A stretch of 64,000 nt of DNA from SAR86 cluster bacterium SAR86A (GCA_000252525.1 JH611156.1:102219-166218), one strand, 5' to 3'. Numbered from the stretch's first letter, positions 1-9,460 are shown. Numbers and translations are program-made. The notes: generated by a model not told the origin, from the sequence alone.

Positions 1-723
1 GCTCGTGAGATATCTGAATACAGATTAACAAAAGAAAAAGAAAAGAAACTCTTAAAACAAAAAGATGAGTCTGCTGGAGATCTTTTTGAAACCTTGGGCC
101 AAGAAGCAAAAAAAGTTTTAAATGTAATTATTAAAACTGATGTTGGTGGAACTTGCGAAGCCATTGTAGCAGCTTTAAATGATCTAGCTGGAGAAAAAGC
201 AAAAGTAAAGATAGTTTCAAGTGGCGTTGGAGGAATAAGTGAATCAGATGCAAACCTTGCAGTTGCTGTTGAGTCTATAATAATCGGATTTAATGTTCGT
301 GCTGACAACACTGCAAAAAAAATTATTGAGTCCGAATCAATACCATTAAGCTATCACAGCATTATTTACGAACTTTTAGATGACGTTAAGGCTAGGATGA
401 GTGGATTGCTAGATCCAATTGTTAAAGAAATAATTGTTGGGACTGCTGAAGTTTTAGAAGTGTTTAATTCTCCCAAATTTGGTCAAGTTGCAGGTTGTAA
501 TGTAATTGAAGGAAATGTTTTAAGAAATAAACCTGTGAGAGTTTTGAGAGATGAAGTTGTGATTTTTGAAGGCGAACTTAATTCTCTTAGAAGATTTAAA
601 GAAGATGTAAATGAAGTTAAAAACGGCAATGAATGTGGAATGGGTATAAAAAACTATAAAGACATCAAACCAGGAGATAAAATAGAAGTTTTTGATAGGA
701 AAGAAGAAGCTCAAGAAATATAA
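1..723 (+). CDS. infB: Translation initiation factor IF-2, C-terminal part (5' end lies outside the window)
   Basis: Frame 1 is open from base 1; the track ORF 94..723 merely starts at an internal TTG. IF-2 C-terminal motifs GVGGISESDANLA and IIGFNVRAD. Followed by rbfA-truB-rpsO-pnp as in the canonical operon. Confidence 0.9.
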   Translation, partial: AREISEYRLTKEKEKKLLKQKDESAGDLFETLGQEAKKVLNVIIKTDVGGTCEAIVAALNDLAGEKAKVKIVSSGVGGISESDANLAVAVESIIIGFNVRADNTAKKIIESESIPLSYHSIIYELLDDVKARMSGLLDPIVKEIIVGTAEVLEVFNSPKFGQVAGCNVIEGNVLRNKPVRVLRDEVVIFEGELNSLRRFKEDVNEVKNGNECGMGIKNYKDIKPGDKIEVFDRKEEAQEI

Positions 724-726
724 AAT

Positions 727-1074
727 ATGTCTTCAAATAGACCTGAGAAAGTTGCAGATTTACTTAAAAGAGAGATTTCACTTATCCTTTCTCAAGAAGT
801 TAAAGATCCAAGATTGCAAAATATAAATATTACCGCTGTAAAAGTGACTGATGATATAGGAATAGCATATCTTTACTATACTGTTATTGGAAAATCGATA
901 AGGAAGAGTGATAGCAACATCGAGTCCAAAACTCTTACAAAACTTGCTGGGATGATAAGGTCAAAGCTATCAAAAATTGTTGAAATGAGAAGAGTCCCAA
1001 AACTGATTTTCAAGTTTGATGAAAGTATTGAATACTCAGAGAATATAGAAAATCTTCTTAAAAATTTGAAATAA
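727..1074 (+). CDS. rbfA: Ribosome-binding factor A
   Basis: 115 aa. N-terminal RPEKVADLLKREISLIL..KDPRL pattern typical of RbfA. Sits between infB and truB. Confidence 0.85.
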   Translation: MSSNRPEKVADLLKREISLILSQEVKDPRLQNINITAVKVTDDIGIAYLYYTVIGKSIRKSDSNIESKTLTKLAGMIRSKLSKIVEMRRVPKLIFKFDESIEYSENIENLLKNLK

Positions 1075-1075
1075 A

Positions 1076-1915
1076 ATGAATGGATTTTTTCTTGTTAATA
1101 AAGAAAAAAATTACACATCGAATGATGTCGTCCAAAAAATAAAGAAAAAATTTTCTTTTAAGAAAGTTGGCCATCTAGGTACTTTAGATCCAATTGCTGA
1201 AGGTTTAATTATATTAGCTGTAAATAGAGCAACCAAGTTCTCGAATTATTTTTTAGAATCTGATAAATCTTATTTCGTTGAAATAAAGCTTGGTATTTCA
1301 ACAGACACTCATGATTTAACTGGTCAGATAGTTGCAAAAGCTCCTGTAAAAGTTACTGAAAAAGCTCTTAAAAATGAAATTAATAATTTTTTGGGTGCCT
1401 CATTTCAAAAACCGCCATATTTCTCTGCACTGAAACATAAGGGAAGGCCTTTATATGAATACGCTCGAAAAGGTGAATTTATAGATAAAGAACCTAGACG
1501 AATAGAAATAAAAGAAATTAAAAATATTACATATAAAAATGAAATTTGTTCATTTGAGCTAACTTGCTCAAAAGGTACTTACATAAGATCAATTGCAAGA
1601 GATCTTGGTGAGAATTTAGGATGTGGAGCTAATATGATTTCACTGAAAAGATTAAAGCAACATAATTTTGATCTTAAAAATGCCAGAACTTTAGAAAATA
1701 TAAAAAAAAATGAAATGATAAAAATTGAGGAAGCTTTTTTATATCTAGAAAAAATACTATTGAATGATAGGGAATCTAATTTGTTTCAAAATGGTCAAGA
1801 AATAATTGCTCAAAAGAATCTAAAAGGATTTTATAGAATTTATAAAAATGTTAATGAGTTTATGGGATTAGGATTTGTAGAGGGAGAAATTCTAAAACAT
1901 AAACAGCTTGTTTAA
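1076..1915 (+). CDS. truB: tRNA pseudouridine-55 synthase
   Basis: GHLGTLDPIAEGLIIL catalytic-Asp motif. Conserved position after rbfA. Confidence 0.9.
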   Translation: MNGFFLVNKEKNYTSNDVVQKIKKKFSFKKVGHLGTLDPIAEGLIILAVNRATKFSNYFLESDKSYFVEIKLGISTDTHDLTGQIVAKAPVKVTEKALKNEINNFLGASFQKPPYFSALKHKGRPLYEYARKGEFIDKEPRRIEIKEIKNITYKNEICSFELTCSKGTYIRSIARDLGENLGCGANMISLKRLKQHNFDLKNARTLENIKKNEMIKIEEAFLYLEKILLNDRESNLFQNGQEIIAQKNLKGFYRIYKNVNEFMGLGFVEGEILKHKQLV

Positions 1916-1928
1916 TGCCTCAATAAGT

Positions 1929-1934
1929 TATAAT
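1929..1934 (+). promoter_or_regulatory. Candidate -10 hexamer (TATAAT) for rpsO
   Basis: Exact TATAAT in the 85-nt truB-rpsO spacer, about 67 nt upstream of the rpsO ATG. No experimental support. Confidence 0.3.
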
Positions 1935-2000
1935 ATTCGCACGCTTACTTTAGTAATGTGAGGTTAGCAATTTTCATTTAACATTACGAGGAAAAACAAT

Positions 2001-2270
2001 ATGGCATTATTAACAGAAGAAAAGGCTAAAATTGTCGAGAAATACAAGAGAAATGATGGTGATACTGGATCACCAGAGGTTCAAATAGCACTCTTAACAG
2101 AAAATATTAATAAATTACAGAGTCATTTTAAAAATCATAACAAAGACCATCATTCCAGAGCTGGTTTAATAAGGATGGTAAATCTTAGAAGAAAGTTACT
2201 GGCATATTTAAAAAGAAAAGATGCTGATAGCTATGCTGATTTGGTAAAGAAGCTAAATCTAAGAGGTTAA
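2001..2270 (+). CDS. rpsO: 30S ribosomal protein S15
   Basis: 89 aa. [14 protein letters not shown]...[19 protein letters not shown] is the S15 signature. SD GAGGAAAAA upstream. Confidence 0.95.
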   Translation: MALLTEEKAKIVEKYKRNDGDTGSPEVQIALLTENINKLQSHFKNHNKDHHSRAGLIRMVNLRRKLLAYLKRKDADSYADLVKKLNLRG

Positions 2271-2295
2271 TGTCAAAACATAAATAAGGAAGATC

Positions 2296-4392
2296 GTGGA
2301 AAATAATAATTTAGAATCTACAAGTGTAGAGTTTCAATATGGAAAACAAACAGTAAAAATAGAAACAAATAAGATTGCTAGACAAGCAACAGCAGCAGTT
2401 GTTGTAACAATAGGAGATTTGGTTGTACTGACAACCGTAGTTGCCAAGAAAGAAGCAGATCCCGCAAAAGACTTTTTCCCACTTGCAGTTTTTTACCAAG
2501 AAAAGTTTTATGCAACAGGAAGGATTCCAGGCGGGTTCTTTAAAAGAGAAGCAAGGCCCACAGAAAGAGAAACATTGACATCAAGGCTTATTGATAGACC
2601 TATTAGGCCCATGTTCCCAGACCACTTCACAAATGAGATTCAAGTTTTTTGTACTGTAATGTCTTCAGATAAAAAACAAAATCCTGATATAGCCTCCATG
2701 ATAGGAGCATCAGCAGCACTAACTATATCTGGAGTGCCATTCGATGGACCAATGGGAGCTGCAAGAGTAGGCTTTATTGATGGTGAATATGTTTTAAATC
2801 CTTCTTTCGAGGAATTAAATGATTCATATTTAGATATGGTAGTGGCTGGAACTGATGAAGCAGTGCTAATGGTCGAATCAGAAGCAAAGGAACTTAATGA
2901 GGATCTGATGTTGGGTGCAGTTCTATTTGGACACCAAGAAATGAAAGCTGTAATTACCGCATGTAATGAACTTAAACAAAAAACTGGTAAGGAAGCATGG
3001 AATATTGAATCGGTAAAAGAAGAAAACAATTATTATGATGAACTCCAATCAAATCATAAAGATGAAATAGAGAATGCCTTTAAAATTTCTAATAAGGCTG
3101 AGAGAAATGAGGCATTAAAAGAAATTAGAGACAAAATTAAAGAGAACTACGAGGAACTTGATGAACTTGATATGGGCAAGTTAATGAGTGAATTTAAAAA
3201 GCTTGAAAAAGATATCGTAAGAGGAAATATCTTGAATAATCAACCAAGAATAGATGGAAGAGATCTAGATACAGTGAGACCTATTTTTGTTGAAACAAAT
3301 ATTTTGCCTGGTGCGCATGGTTCAGCTTTATTTACTCGAGGTGAAACTCAGGCAATTGTAGCGGCAACACTAGGTTCTTCTAGAGATGCTCAGAGAATAG
3401 AATCTATTGAAGGAGAAGATAGCGATAACTTCATGCTTCATTATAATTTTCCAGCGTATAGTGTTGGAGAAATTGGAATGCCAATGGGGCCTAAAAGACG
3501 TGAAATAGGCCATGGTAATCTGGCAAAAAGGGCAATTAAAGCAGTACTTCCCGATTCAGATGAATTTGGTTACACAATGAGAGTCGTATCTGAGATTACA
3601 GAGTCAAATGGTTCAAGTTCAATGGCATCGGTATGCGGAACCTCGTTATCACTTATGGATGCAGGTGTGCCTTTAACTAGTCCAGTTGCTGGCATAGCGA
3701 TGGGTTTGATCAAAGAAGGTGACGACTTTGCAGTTCTAACTGATATTTTAGGTGATGAAGATCATTTAGGGGACATGGATTTTAAAGTTGCTGGTACTGA
3801 ATCTGGCATAACTGCACTTCAAATGGATATTAAAATATCTGGAATAAATGAATCTATTATGGAAACAGCTTTAACAAAAGCCAAAGTAGCCAGGGATCAT
3901 ATTCTTGGGATTATGAATAAGGTTATATCTAAACCAAAAGAACTTTCAGAAAATGCACCTGCAATGAAAACCTTTATGGTTGATAAAGACAAAATTAAAG
4001 AAATTATTGGCAAAGGCGGAGCAGTTATCAAGTCAATGCAAGAAAAAACTGGTGCAACAGTTGATATAAGTGACGATGGTGTCGTATCTGTTTTTGGTCA
4101 AAATCAATCTTCAATGAAAGAGTGTTTAGCAATTATTGAAGGAATACTTGAAGAACCAGAACTAAATAAAGTTTATAAAGGTTCTGTTGTAAAAATTGTT
4201 GAATTTGGAGCTTTTGTAAATATTTTACCTGGCAAAGATGGTCTTTTACATATATCGGAAATATCTGAAGAAAGAACTGAAAATGTTAATGATGTACTGG
4301 AAGAAGGACAAGAGGTTGAAGTTAAACTTATTGGATTCGATAGAGGTAAAATGAAACTATCGATGAAGGCTTTGGCTGATAACAACGAATAA
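2296..4392 (+). CDS. pnp: Polyribonucleotide nucleotidyltransferase (PNPase)
   Basis: 698 aa with GTG start preceded by AAGGAAG. Two RNase PH-like cores ([21 protein letters not shown]), a KH domain ([10 protein letters not shown]) and an S1 domain ([10 protein letters not shown]). Confidence 0.95.
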   Translation: MENNNLESTSVEFQYGKQTVKIETNKIARQATAAVVVTIGDLVVLTTVVAKKEADPAKDFFPLAVFYQEKFYATGRIPGGFFKREARPTERETLTSRLIDRPIRPMFPDHFTNEIQVFCTVMSSDKKQNPDIASMIGASAALTISGVPFDGPMGAARVGFIDGEYVLNPSFEELNDSYLDMVVAGTDEAVLMVESEAKELNEDLMLGAVLFGHQEMKAVITACNELKQKTGKEAWNIESVKEENNYYDELQSNHKDEIENAFKISNKAERNEALKEIRDKIKENYEELDELDMGKLMSEFKKLEKDIVRGNILNNQPRIDGRDLDTVRPIFVETNILPGAHGSALFTRGETQAIVAATLGSSRDAQRIESIEGEDSDNFMLHYNFPAYSVGEIGMPMGPKRREIGHGNLAKRAIKAVLPDSDEFGYTMRVVSEITESNGSSSMASVCGTSLSLMDAGVPLTSPVAGIAMGLIKEGDDFAVLTDILGDEDHLGDMDFKVAGTESGITALQMDIKISGINESIMETALTKAKVARDHILGIMNKVISKPKELSENAPAMKTFMVDKDKIKEIIGKGGAVIKSMQEKTGATVDISDDGVVSVFGQNQSSMKECLAIIEGILEEPELNKVYKGSVVKIVEFGAFVNILPGKDGLLHISEISEERTENVNDVLEEGQEVEVKLIGFDRGKMKLSMKALADNNE

Positions 4393-4543
4393 GTCAAAAA
4401 GTTCTGATTTTACCTGTTATTAGATAAATTTATAATTGTCAAATATTGTGTCTTATTTTTGTTTACATAATTTGCTTCATTTTTGAATTTATGTTCTTAT
4501 TGACCCTGCAAAACATAAAAAAACCTAATAGGGGGGAAATATT

Positions 4544-4759
4544 ATGGATAATGCATGGAAGATGATAAACGGCATCGTCAAAAGTTTGACAGAGGTGCTG
4601 ATTGGAGTGCTAGGTCTAGGCATCGTTGGAGCTTTAGTCTTTGGTGATGTTCTTGGACTTGACGTGATTGGTAATATAACAGGATTAGTAGAAATGCTTA
4701 CTTCTAATGGTGTTGTAGGACTTCTTGTCTTAGCAATCTTAATGAGTCTTGTTAAGTAA
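4544..4759 (+). CDS. Small hydrophobic protein A, predicted two TM helices, unknown family
   Basis: 71 aa. SD-like GGGGGG about 9 nt upstream of the ATG. Gly-rich TM1 (LIGVLGLGIVGALVFG), polar loop, then TM2 (VVGLLVLAILMSLV). Paralogous to the next ORF. Confidence 0.55.
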   Translation: MDNAWKMINGIVKSLTEVLIGVLGLGIVGALVFGDVLGLDVIGNITGLVEMLTSNGVVGLLVLAILMSLVK

Positions 4760-4776
4760 TAAAACTTAATAATCCA

Positions 4777-4810
4777 TTTAGGAAGGGGTAAAACCCTTCC
4801 TAAACTTTTT
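4777..4810 (+). terminator. Rho-independent terminator-like hairpin between the two small ORFs
   Basis: Perfect 11-bp stem TTTAGGAAGGG / CCCTTCCTAAA (4777-4787 / 4794-4804) with loop GTAAAA, followed by CTTTTT. It starts 18 nt after the ORF-A stop and ends 7 nt before the ORF-B ATG. Confidence 0.6.
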
Positions 4811-4816
4811 AAACTT

Positions 4817-5050
4817 ATGAACTTTAAATTTACTTTCGCTGGTTTAACAGCACTTTTAAACAAAGTTACCAAACTTTTGATACCTCTTGTTGTTGTAAGC
4901 CTGCTTCTCGGTATCTTGCTCGGAATTGATACACCTTTCGTTGGTGACGTCTATAAAAATGTTTCAAGTGTTGTTGATATGCTTGGAGAGGACGGCCTAC
5001 TGGTTTTAATCTCTGTAATAATAATTCTGTCTTACTTAAACAAAGACTAA
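4817..5050 (+). CDS. Small hydrophobic protein B, predicted two TM helices, paralog of protein A
   Basis: 77 aa with the same architecture as ORF A. Alignable block: VVDMLGEDGLLVLISVIIILS versus LVEMLTSNGVVGLLVLAILMS. Confidence 0.5.
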   Translation: MNFKFTFAGLTALLNKVTKLLIPLVVVSLLLGILLGIDTPFVGDVYKNVSSVVDMLGEDGLLVLISVIIILSYLNKD

Positions 5051-5070
5051 TTTATTTAAAATCTAAACAT

Positions 5071-5147
5071 TGGTGGCTATGGGTGGAATTGAACCACCGA
5101 CCCCAGCGTTATGAGTGCTGTGCTCTAACCATCTGAGCTACATAGCC
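5071..5147 (-). tRNA. tRNA-Met (anticodon CAT), elongator type
   Basis: The reverse complement reads GGCTATGTAGCTCAGATGGTTAGAGCACAGCACTCATAACGCTGGGGTCGGTGGTTCAATTCCACCCATAGCCACCA. It has a cloverleaf, a CTCATAA anticodon loop, a GGTTCAATTCC T-arm and an encoded CCA. It lacks initiator features. An Ile2 (lysidine) identity cannot be excluded. Confidence 0.85.
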
Positions 5148-5198
5148 AATCGTTGAATGATAATCTTTAAAATTTAAGAGTCAATAATTTTTATCGAC

Positions 5199-6287
5199 TC
5201 AAACATTAAATTTAAAGTGAATAACATCACCATCTTTAACAAGATATTCTTTACCCTCGAGTCTTAACTTTCCGTTCTCCTTAGATCCTAGCTCTCCGCC
5301 ATTCTTTATATAATCATCAAAATCAATTACCTCGGCTTTGATAAAACCCCTTTCAAAATCTGAGTGAATGACACCTGCCGCATTTGGTGCAGTGAAGCCA
5401 TTTTTTATAGTCCAAGCTCTTATTTCATTTGGACCAGCAGTAAAAAAAGTTTTTAGACCTAACATTTTATAACCCTCAAATATTATTTTGTTTAAAACAG
5501 GTTCATCCATATTCATAAGATCTAAATAATCTTTTTTTTCATTTTCATCTAACATTGATATTTCATGCTCTATCTTGATAGAAGCTGGAATAACAAAAGT
5601 ATTCAGATTTTCTGCTAGTGATTTTAAGTCTTCAATCATTTTACGAGATTCGTCACTTTCATTTATATTTCCTATAAAAAAAGTTGGCTTTGACGAGAGC
5701 AAATTAAAAGTTTTTATAATTTGCTGTTCGTGCTCTTCATATTTTTCAAGATTTATTAAAAATCCATCCTCAAGTTCTTGCTTTAGCTTAAGCAGAATCT
5801 CATATTGCAACTTATTCTCTTTATCATTTGTTTTAAGTAGTTTTTCACATTTTGAAATTCTTTTTGAAACAGAATCTAGGTCAGCAAATATTAATTCTAA
5901 ATTTATAATTTCAACATCACGAATTGGATCAACTGACCCATCTACATGCGTGATGTTCTCATCACCAAAGCATCTAACAACATGAGCCAAAGCCGTCATT
6001 TCTCTTATATTAGATAAGAAAGAATTTCCTAAACCCTCACCTTTAGATGCCCCTTTAACTAATCCAGCAATATCAACAAGATCTAAAGTAGCTGGAATAA
6101 TCTTTTGTGAATTTACTATCTTGTTAATTTGAAGCAGTCTTTCATCGGGTAAAGGAACTTTTCCAATATTTGGATCGATTGTGCAAAAGGGAAAATTATC
6201 TGCAGGGATTTTTGATTTCGTAAGAGCATTAAATAATGTTGATTTGCCCACATTTGGCAAACCAATAATCCCACACTTAAATCCCAT
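5199..6287 (-). CDS. ychF: Ribosome-binding ATPase YchF
   Basis: 362 aa. GIIGLPNVGKSTLFNALT P-loop, C-terminal TGS-like domain. Conserved pth-ychF pairing. Confidence 0.95.
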   Translation of the reverse strand: MGFKCGIIGLPNVGKSTLFNALTKSKIPADNFPFCTIDPNIGKVPLPDERLLQINKIVNSQKIIPATLDLVDIAGLVKGASKGEGLGNSFLSNIREMTALAHVVRCFGDENITHVDGSVDPIRDVEIINLELIFADLDSVSKRISKCEKLLKTNDKENKLQYEILLKLKQELEDGFLINLEKYEEHEQQIIKTFNLLSSKPTFFIGNINESDESRKMIEDLKSLAENLNTFVIPASIKIEHEISMLDENEKKDYLDLMNMDEPVLNKIIFEGYKMLGLKTFFTAGPNEIRAWTIKNGFTAPNAAGVIHSDFERGFIKAEVIDFDDYIKNGGELGSKENGKLRLEGKEYLVKDGDVIHFKFNV

Positions 6288-6289
6288 AA

Positions 6290-6856
6290 CTATTTTGTAT
6301 GTAGAATTTTCTGAACTTCACTTATTTTATTTAAGCAAATTAATTCAAAAATATTACTGAATTCTTTAAAAGCATTTGAAATAGATTTTTTTTCATCTGG
6401 AGTAAATTTATTCAAAACCCAATTTGTTACATCCTCTTTTTTTCCAGGATGGTCAATTCCTACCCTTAATCTGTAAAAATCTTTTGAGTTTATTTTTTCA
6501 ATAATATCTCTCAATCCATTGTGGCCTCCATGACCTCCATTCTCTTTTAGACGCAGATCTCCAACCTTTAAATCTAAATCATCATGAATAACAATTATGT
6601 TCTCCGAAGTAAGATTTGTAGACTTAAGTATCTTCGAAACAGTTCTACCAGATTGATTGACATAATTATCTGGAATCACCCATAAAATGTTACCTGAATG
6701 TGATTCTGATATTTCAGCTTCAAATTTAATTTTTTTTGAGAATTTTAAGGAATATTCAATTGATATTTTTTTAAGAAAATCTTTTCCAATATTATGACGA
6801 GTGTTTTGATATTTTGATCCAGGATTGCCAAGACCAACAAAACAAAGTTTGTACAT
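6290..6856 (-). CDS. pth: Peptidyl-tRNA hydrolase
   Basis: Start re-set to the ATG at 6856 (MYKLCFVGLGNPGSKYQNTRHNIG matches the Pth N-terminus). The track ORF runs to 7024 only because the frame stays open across the rplY 3' end. Confidence 0.9.
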   Translation of the reverse strand: MYKLCFVGLGNPGSKYQNTRHNIGKDFLKKISIEYSLKFSKKIKFEAEISESHSGNILWVIPDNYVNQSGRTVSKILKSTNLTSENIIVIHDDLDLKVGDLRLKENGGHGGHNGLRDIIEKINSKDFYRLRVGIDHPGKKEDVTNWVLNKFTPDEKKSISNAFKEFSNIFELICLNKISEVQKILHTK

Positions 6857-6860
6857 ACGA

Positions 6861-7577
6861 TTAGCTTTCTTCGTTGCTATCTTCTTCAGTATTTTCTTCA
6901 GTAGATCCAGATTCTTCTCCAGCAGTTTCTTCAGTTGAAGCTTCTCCTTCAGCAACATCGCCTTCTTCGAGCTCTTCAATAATAGGATCTTCTTCAACTG
7001 CTTTCGGAGCGTTAACAGAAACAACCATTTGATCAGTTTCTTCAGTTAATCCTGGTATTTCAGAACCATCAGGTAGTGAAATTTCAGTTAGTCTAATAGA
7101 GTCTCCAAGATTTAATTTTTCTATATCAACGTCAATTGATTCTGGTATATTTCCAGCTAGACACATTATTTCAATTTCTCTTATGGTCTTAGTTACAACG
7201 CCACCATCTTCTCTAACTCCAATACAATCTTCTTCATTTATAAAGCTGACAGGTATAACAACTTTAAGTTTTGTTTTACTCGAAACTCTTTGAAAATCAG
7301 CATGAAGAAACTTACCTTTAGCAGGATCTCTTTGAAGTTCTTTTAGCACCACCTTTTCTTCATTATCACCTGTTTTGATTAGTAGTACTTGTGTATAGAA
7401 AAGTTCATTTTCGGAAGCTTTAGTCAATTCATTTAGTTTCAATTTTATATTAAGAGTTTCTTTTTCATCTCCATAAACTATAGCAGGAACCATTCCATCA
7501 ACTTTTCTGATTACTCTTGCCTTATTAGATCCAGTTCTCTCTCGAGGATCAGCATTTAAAATTATTTGTTCTGTCAT
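6861..7577 (-). CDS. rplY: 50S ribosomal protein L25, long Ctc form with acidic C-terminal tail
   Basis: 238 aa. N-terminal RERTGSNKARVIRKVDGMVPAIVYG is the L25/Ctc signature. The last ~45 aa are E/D/T/S-rich. Confidence 0.9.
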   Translation of the reverse strand: MTEQIILNADPRERTGSNKARVIRKVDGMVPAIVYGDEKETLNIKLKLNELTKASENELFYTQVLLIKTGDNEEKVVLKELQRDPAKGKFLHADFQRVSSKTKLKVVIPVSFINEEDCIGVREDGGVVTKTIREIEIMCLAGNIPESIDVDIEKLNLGDSIRLTEISLPDGSEIPGLTEETDQMVVSVNAPKAVEEDPIIEELEEGDVAEGEASTEETAGEESGSTEENTEEDSNEES

Positions 7578-7585
7578 AATTTACT

Positions 7586-8539
7586 CTATAAAAACATTTC
7601 ACTTAATGATTCTTCATTGCTAAGCCTTTTTATACACTCAGCAATTATATTCGCCAATGAAATGACGCGTATTTTACTGCATTTTTTTGCATCTGGGGTC
7701 AATGGAATTGAATTTGTTACTATTAATTCATCAATAGATGAATTTTCCAGCCTTTCAATTGCAGGGCCAGATAAAACTGGATGAGTTATATAAGCTTTTA
7801 CAGCTTTTGCTCCATTCTCTTTCAAAGCATTTGCTGCATTACATAAAGTACCAGCTGTATCGATTATGTCATCAGGAACAATACAAACTTTTCCTTGAAT
7901 ATCACCAATGATGTTCATTACTTCTGACTGATTTGCTGCAGCACGTCTTTTATCTATTATAGCTAAATCAGTGTCGTCTAATAACTTTGCTAATGCCCTG
8001 GCTCTTACTACTCCACCAACATCTGGAGAAACAACTACAACTTCATCTCTTTCGTTATTGTCCTTGATGTCATCAACCATAAATTTTGTTGCATATACAT
8101 TATCAGCAGGCATATCAAAAAAACCCTGAATAGTTTCTGAGTGAAGATCAATAGTAAGAACTCTATCAATGCCAACTGAAGCAAACATATCTGCAACAAC
8201 TTTAGCACTTATAGGAACTCTGGCTGATCTAACTCTTCTGTCTTGTCTGGCATAACCAAAGTAAGGAACAATAGCAGTAATTTTAGATGCAGATGATCTT
8301 TTGAGAGCATCAGCAATTAACATAATCTCCATTACATTCTTATTCGTTGGTGAGCAGGTAGACTGAATGATAAAAGTATCATGACCTCTTACGTTTTCTT
8401 GAATTTGAACATTTAGTTCGCCATCTGAAAAATACCCAACATCAGCAGGAGCAATATCTATCTTAAGTATTTTTGATACTTCTTCAGCTAATTCTGGATT
8501 AGCCGTGCCAGTAAAAATGTCAAAAGCATTATCTTTCAT
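7586..8539 (-). CDS. prs: Ribose-phosphate pyrophosphokinase
   Basis: 317 aa. [17 protein letters not shown] and [11 protein letters not shown]...[13 protein letters not shown]-binding motifs. SD AGGGGA upstream. Confidence 0.95.
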   Translation of the reverse strand: MKDNAFDIFTGTANPELAEEVSKILKIDIAPADVGYFSDGELNVQIQENVRGHDTFIIQSTCSPTNKNVMEIMLIADALKRSSASKITAIVPYFGYARQDRRVRSARVPISAKVVADMFASVGIDRVLTIDLHSETIQGFFDMPADNVYATKFMVDDIKDNNERDEVVVVSPDVGGVVRARALAKLLDDTDLAIIDKRRAAANQSEVMNIIGDIQGKVCIVPDDIIDTAGTLCNAANALKENGAKAVKAYITHPVLSGPAIERLENSSIDELIVTNSIPLTPDAKKCSKIRVISLANIIAECIKRLSNEESLSEMFL

Positions 8540-8566
8540 AATTTCCCCTAGATTTATTATAAAGCA

Positions 8567-8641
8567 TGGCTGGGGTGGTAGGATTCGAACCTACGCATGA
8601 CGGGATCAAAACCCGTTGCCTTACCGCTTGGCGACACCCCA
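8567..8641 (-). tRNA. tRNA-Gln (anticodon TTG)
   Basis: The reverse complement reads TGGGGTGTCGCCAAGCGGTAAGGCAACGGGTTTTGATCCCGTCATGCGTAGGTTCGAATCCTACCACCCCAGCCA. It closely resembles gammaproteobacterial tRNA-Gln. Its 5' end lies 3 nt after the ispE stop codon. Confidence 0.9.
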
Positions 8642-8644
8642 AAG

Positions 8645-9460
8645 CTACTTGATATAACATATCGGCGAATATTGTAATGGTTTACAAGAAAAGAATCTCC
8701 AATTAGAAGGAATTTTCTTAATAAATTTTTGTATATTTTTCTCATCATTATAGATTACAAACATACATGAACCACTTCCTGAAAGTCTAATTTCAAATTC
8801 TTGTGCATTATTTTCAAAAAATTCTTTTACTTGATTATTTTTTTCTAAAAAAATATCCAAAAAATCATTGTTATTAGGATTGTCTTTGATAATTTTATTT
8901 TTGTTGTTGATCAAATCATATTCACGATACATTTCTTCCGTTGAGCTAAATATCATAGGATCAATAATAAGAATGTTATCAGTAATTGAATCTTTATATT
9001 TGAGAATATCCCCTATGCCATTTCCTTGCGCATTTTGACCAAATAGAAAAAATGGTACGTCTGCTCCAATATTTCTAGCAAAATTATGCATTTCACTTTT
9101 AGACATCTTAAGATCCCATAATTTATTTAAAGCCACTATAGTTGATGCTGCATTAGAACTTCCACCACCAAGACCAGCACCAATAGGGATTAACTTTTTA
9201 AGCTTAATTTTAACTCCCAATTTGCTATTTGAATTTTTAAGTTTTCTAGCAACAGTAGTGATGATATTGTCATCTGAATTTAATTCTTTAAGGTTTGAAG
9301 ATAAAGAAATATTATTTTTAGAGCTCTCAAATTCAATCTCGTCAAACAAATCAATAAGTTGAAAAGATGTATTAATCTCGTGGTATCCATTTTTGAGTTT
9401 GTTTAAGATTGTTAAATCTAAGTTAATCTTTGCTGGAGACTTTAATAATAATTTATTCAT
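8645..9460 (-). CDS. ispE: 4-diphosphocytidyl-2-C-methyl-D-erythritol kinase
   Basis: 271 aa. PAKINLDL N-terminus and IPIGAGLGGGSSNAAS GHMP-kinase motif. lolB-ispE-prs synteny. Confidence 0.9.
   Translation of the reverse strand: MNKLLLKSPAKINLDLTILNKLKNGYHEINTSFQLIDLFDEIEFESSKNNISLSSNLKELNSDDNIITTVARKLKNSNSKLGVKIKLKKLIPIGAGLGGGSSNAASTIVALNKLWDLKMSKSEMHNFARNIGADVPFFLFGQNAQGNGIGDILKYKDSITDNILIIDPMIFSSTEEMYREYDLINNKNKIIKDNPNNNDFLDIFLEKNNQVKEFFENNAQEFEIRLSGSGSCMFVIYNDEKNIQKFIKKIPSNWRFFSCKPLQYSPICYIK

Noticed and set aside
4788-4793. An identical GTAAAA loop in the terminator hairpin at 4777-4804 and in the dnaB-proximal hairpin (loop at 57577-57582).
   Set aside because: There are only two instances, the stems are unrelated, and an A-rich hexaloop is unremarkable in this AT-rich DNA. 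This is insufficient to call a repeat family.
4525-4872. A 115-aa minus-strand ORF covering the small-protein pair and the hairpin.
   Set aside because: It runs through the terminator stem-loop, is Pro/Thr/Ser-rich without TM or other motifs, and has no SD. The plus-strand ORFs have an SD, paralogy and coherent TM architecture. This cannot be excluded experimentally from sequence alone.
4393-5147. The idea that the small-ORF region is the remnant of an element integrated at the 3' end of tRNA-Met.
   Set aside because: I looked for a direct repeat of the tRNA 3' end (TGGTGGCTATGGGTGG...) in 4393-4543 and found none. There is no integrase or other mobile-element gene.
6857-7024. A 56-aa N-terminal extension of pth that overlaps the rplY 3' end in the ORF track.
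   Set aside because: The Pth homology (MYKLCFVGLGNPG...) begins at the ATG at 6856, 4 nt after the rplY stop. The extension is K/L-rich read-through of the antisense-shifted acidic tail region.
8557-8748. A 63-aa ORF spanning tRNA-Gln and the 3' end of ispE.
   Set aside because: It is explained entirely by the tRNA gene and the ispE coding sequence.
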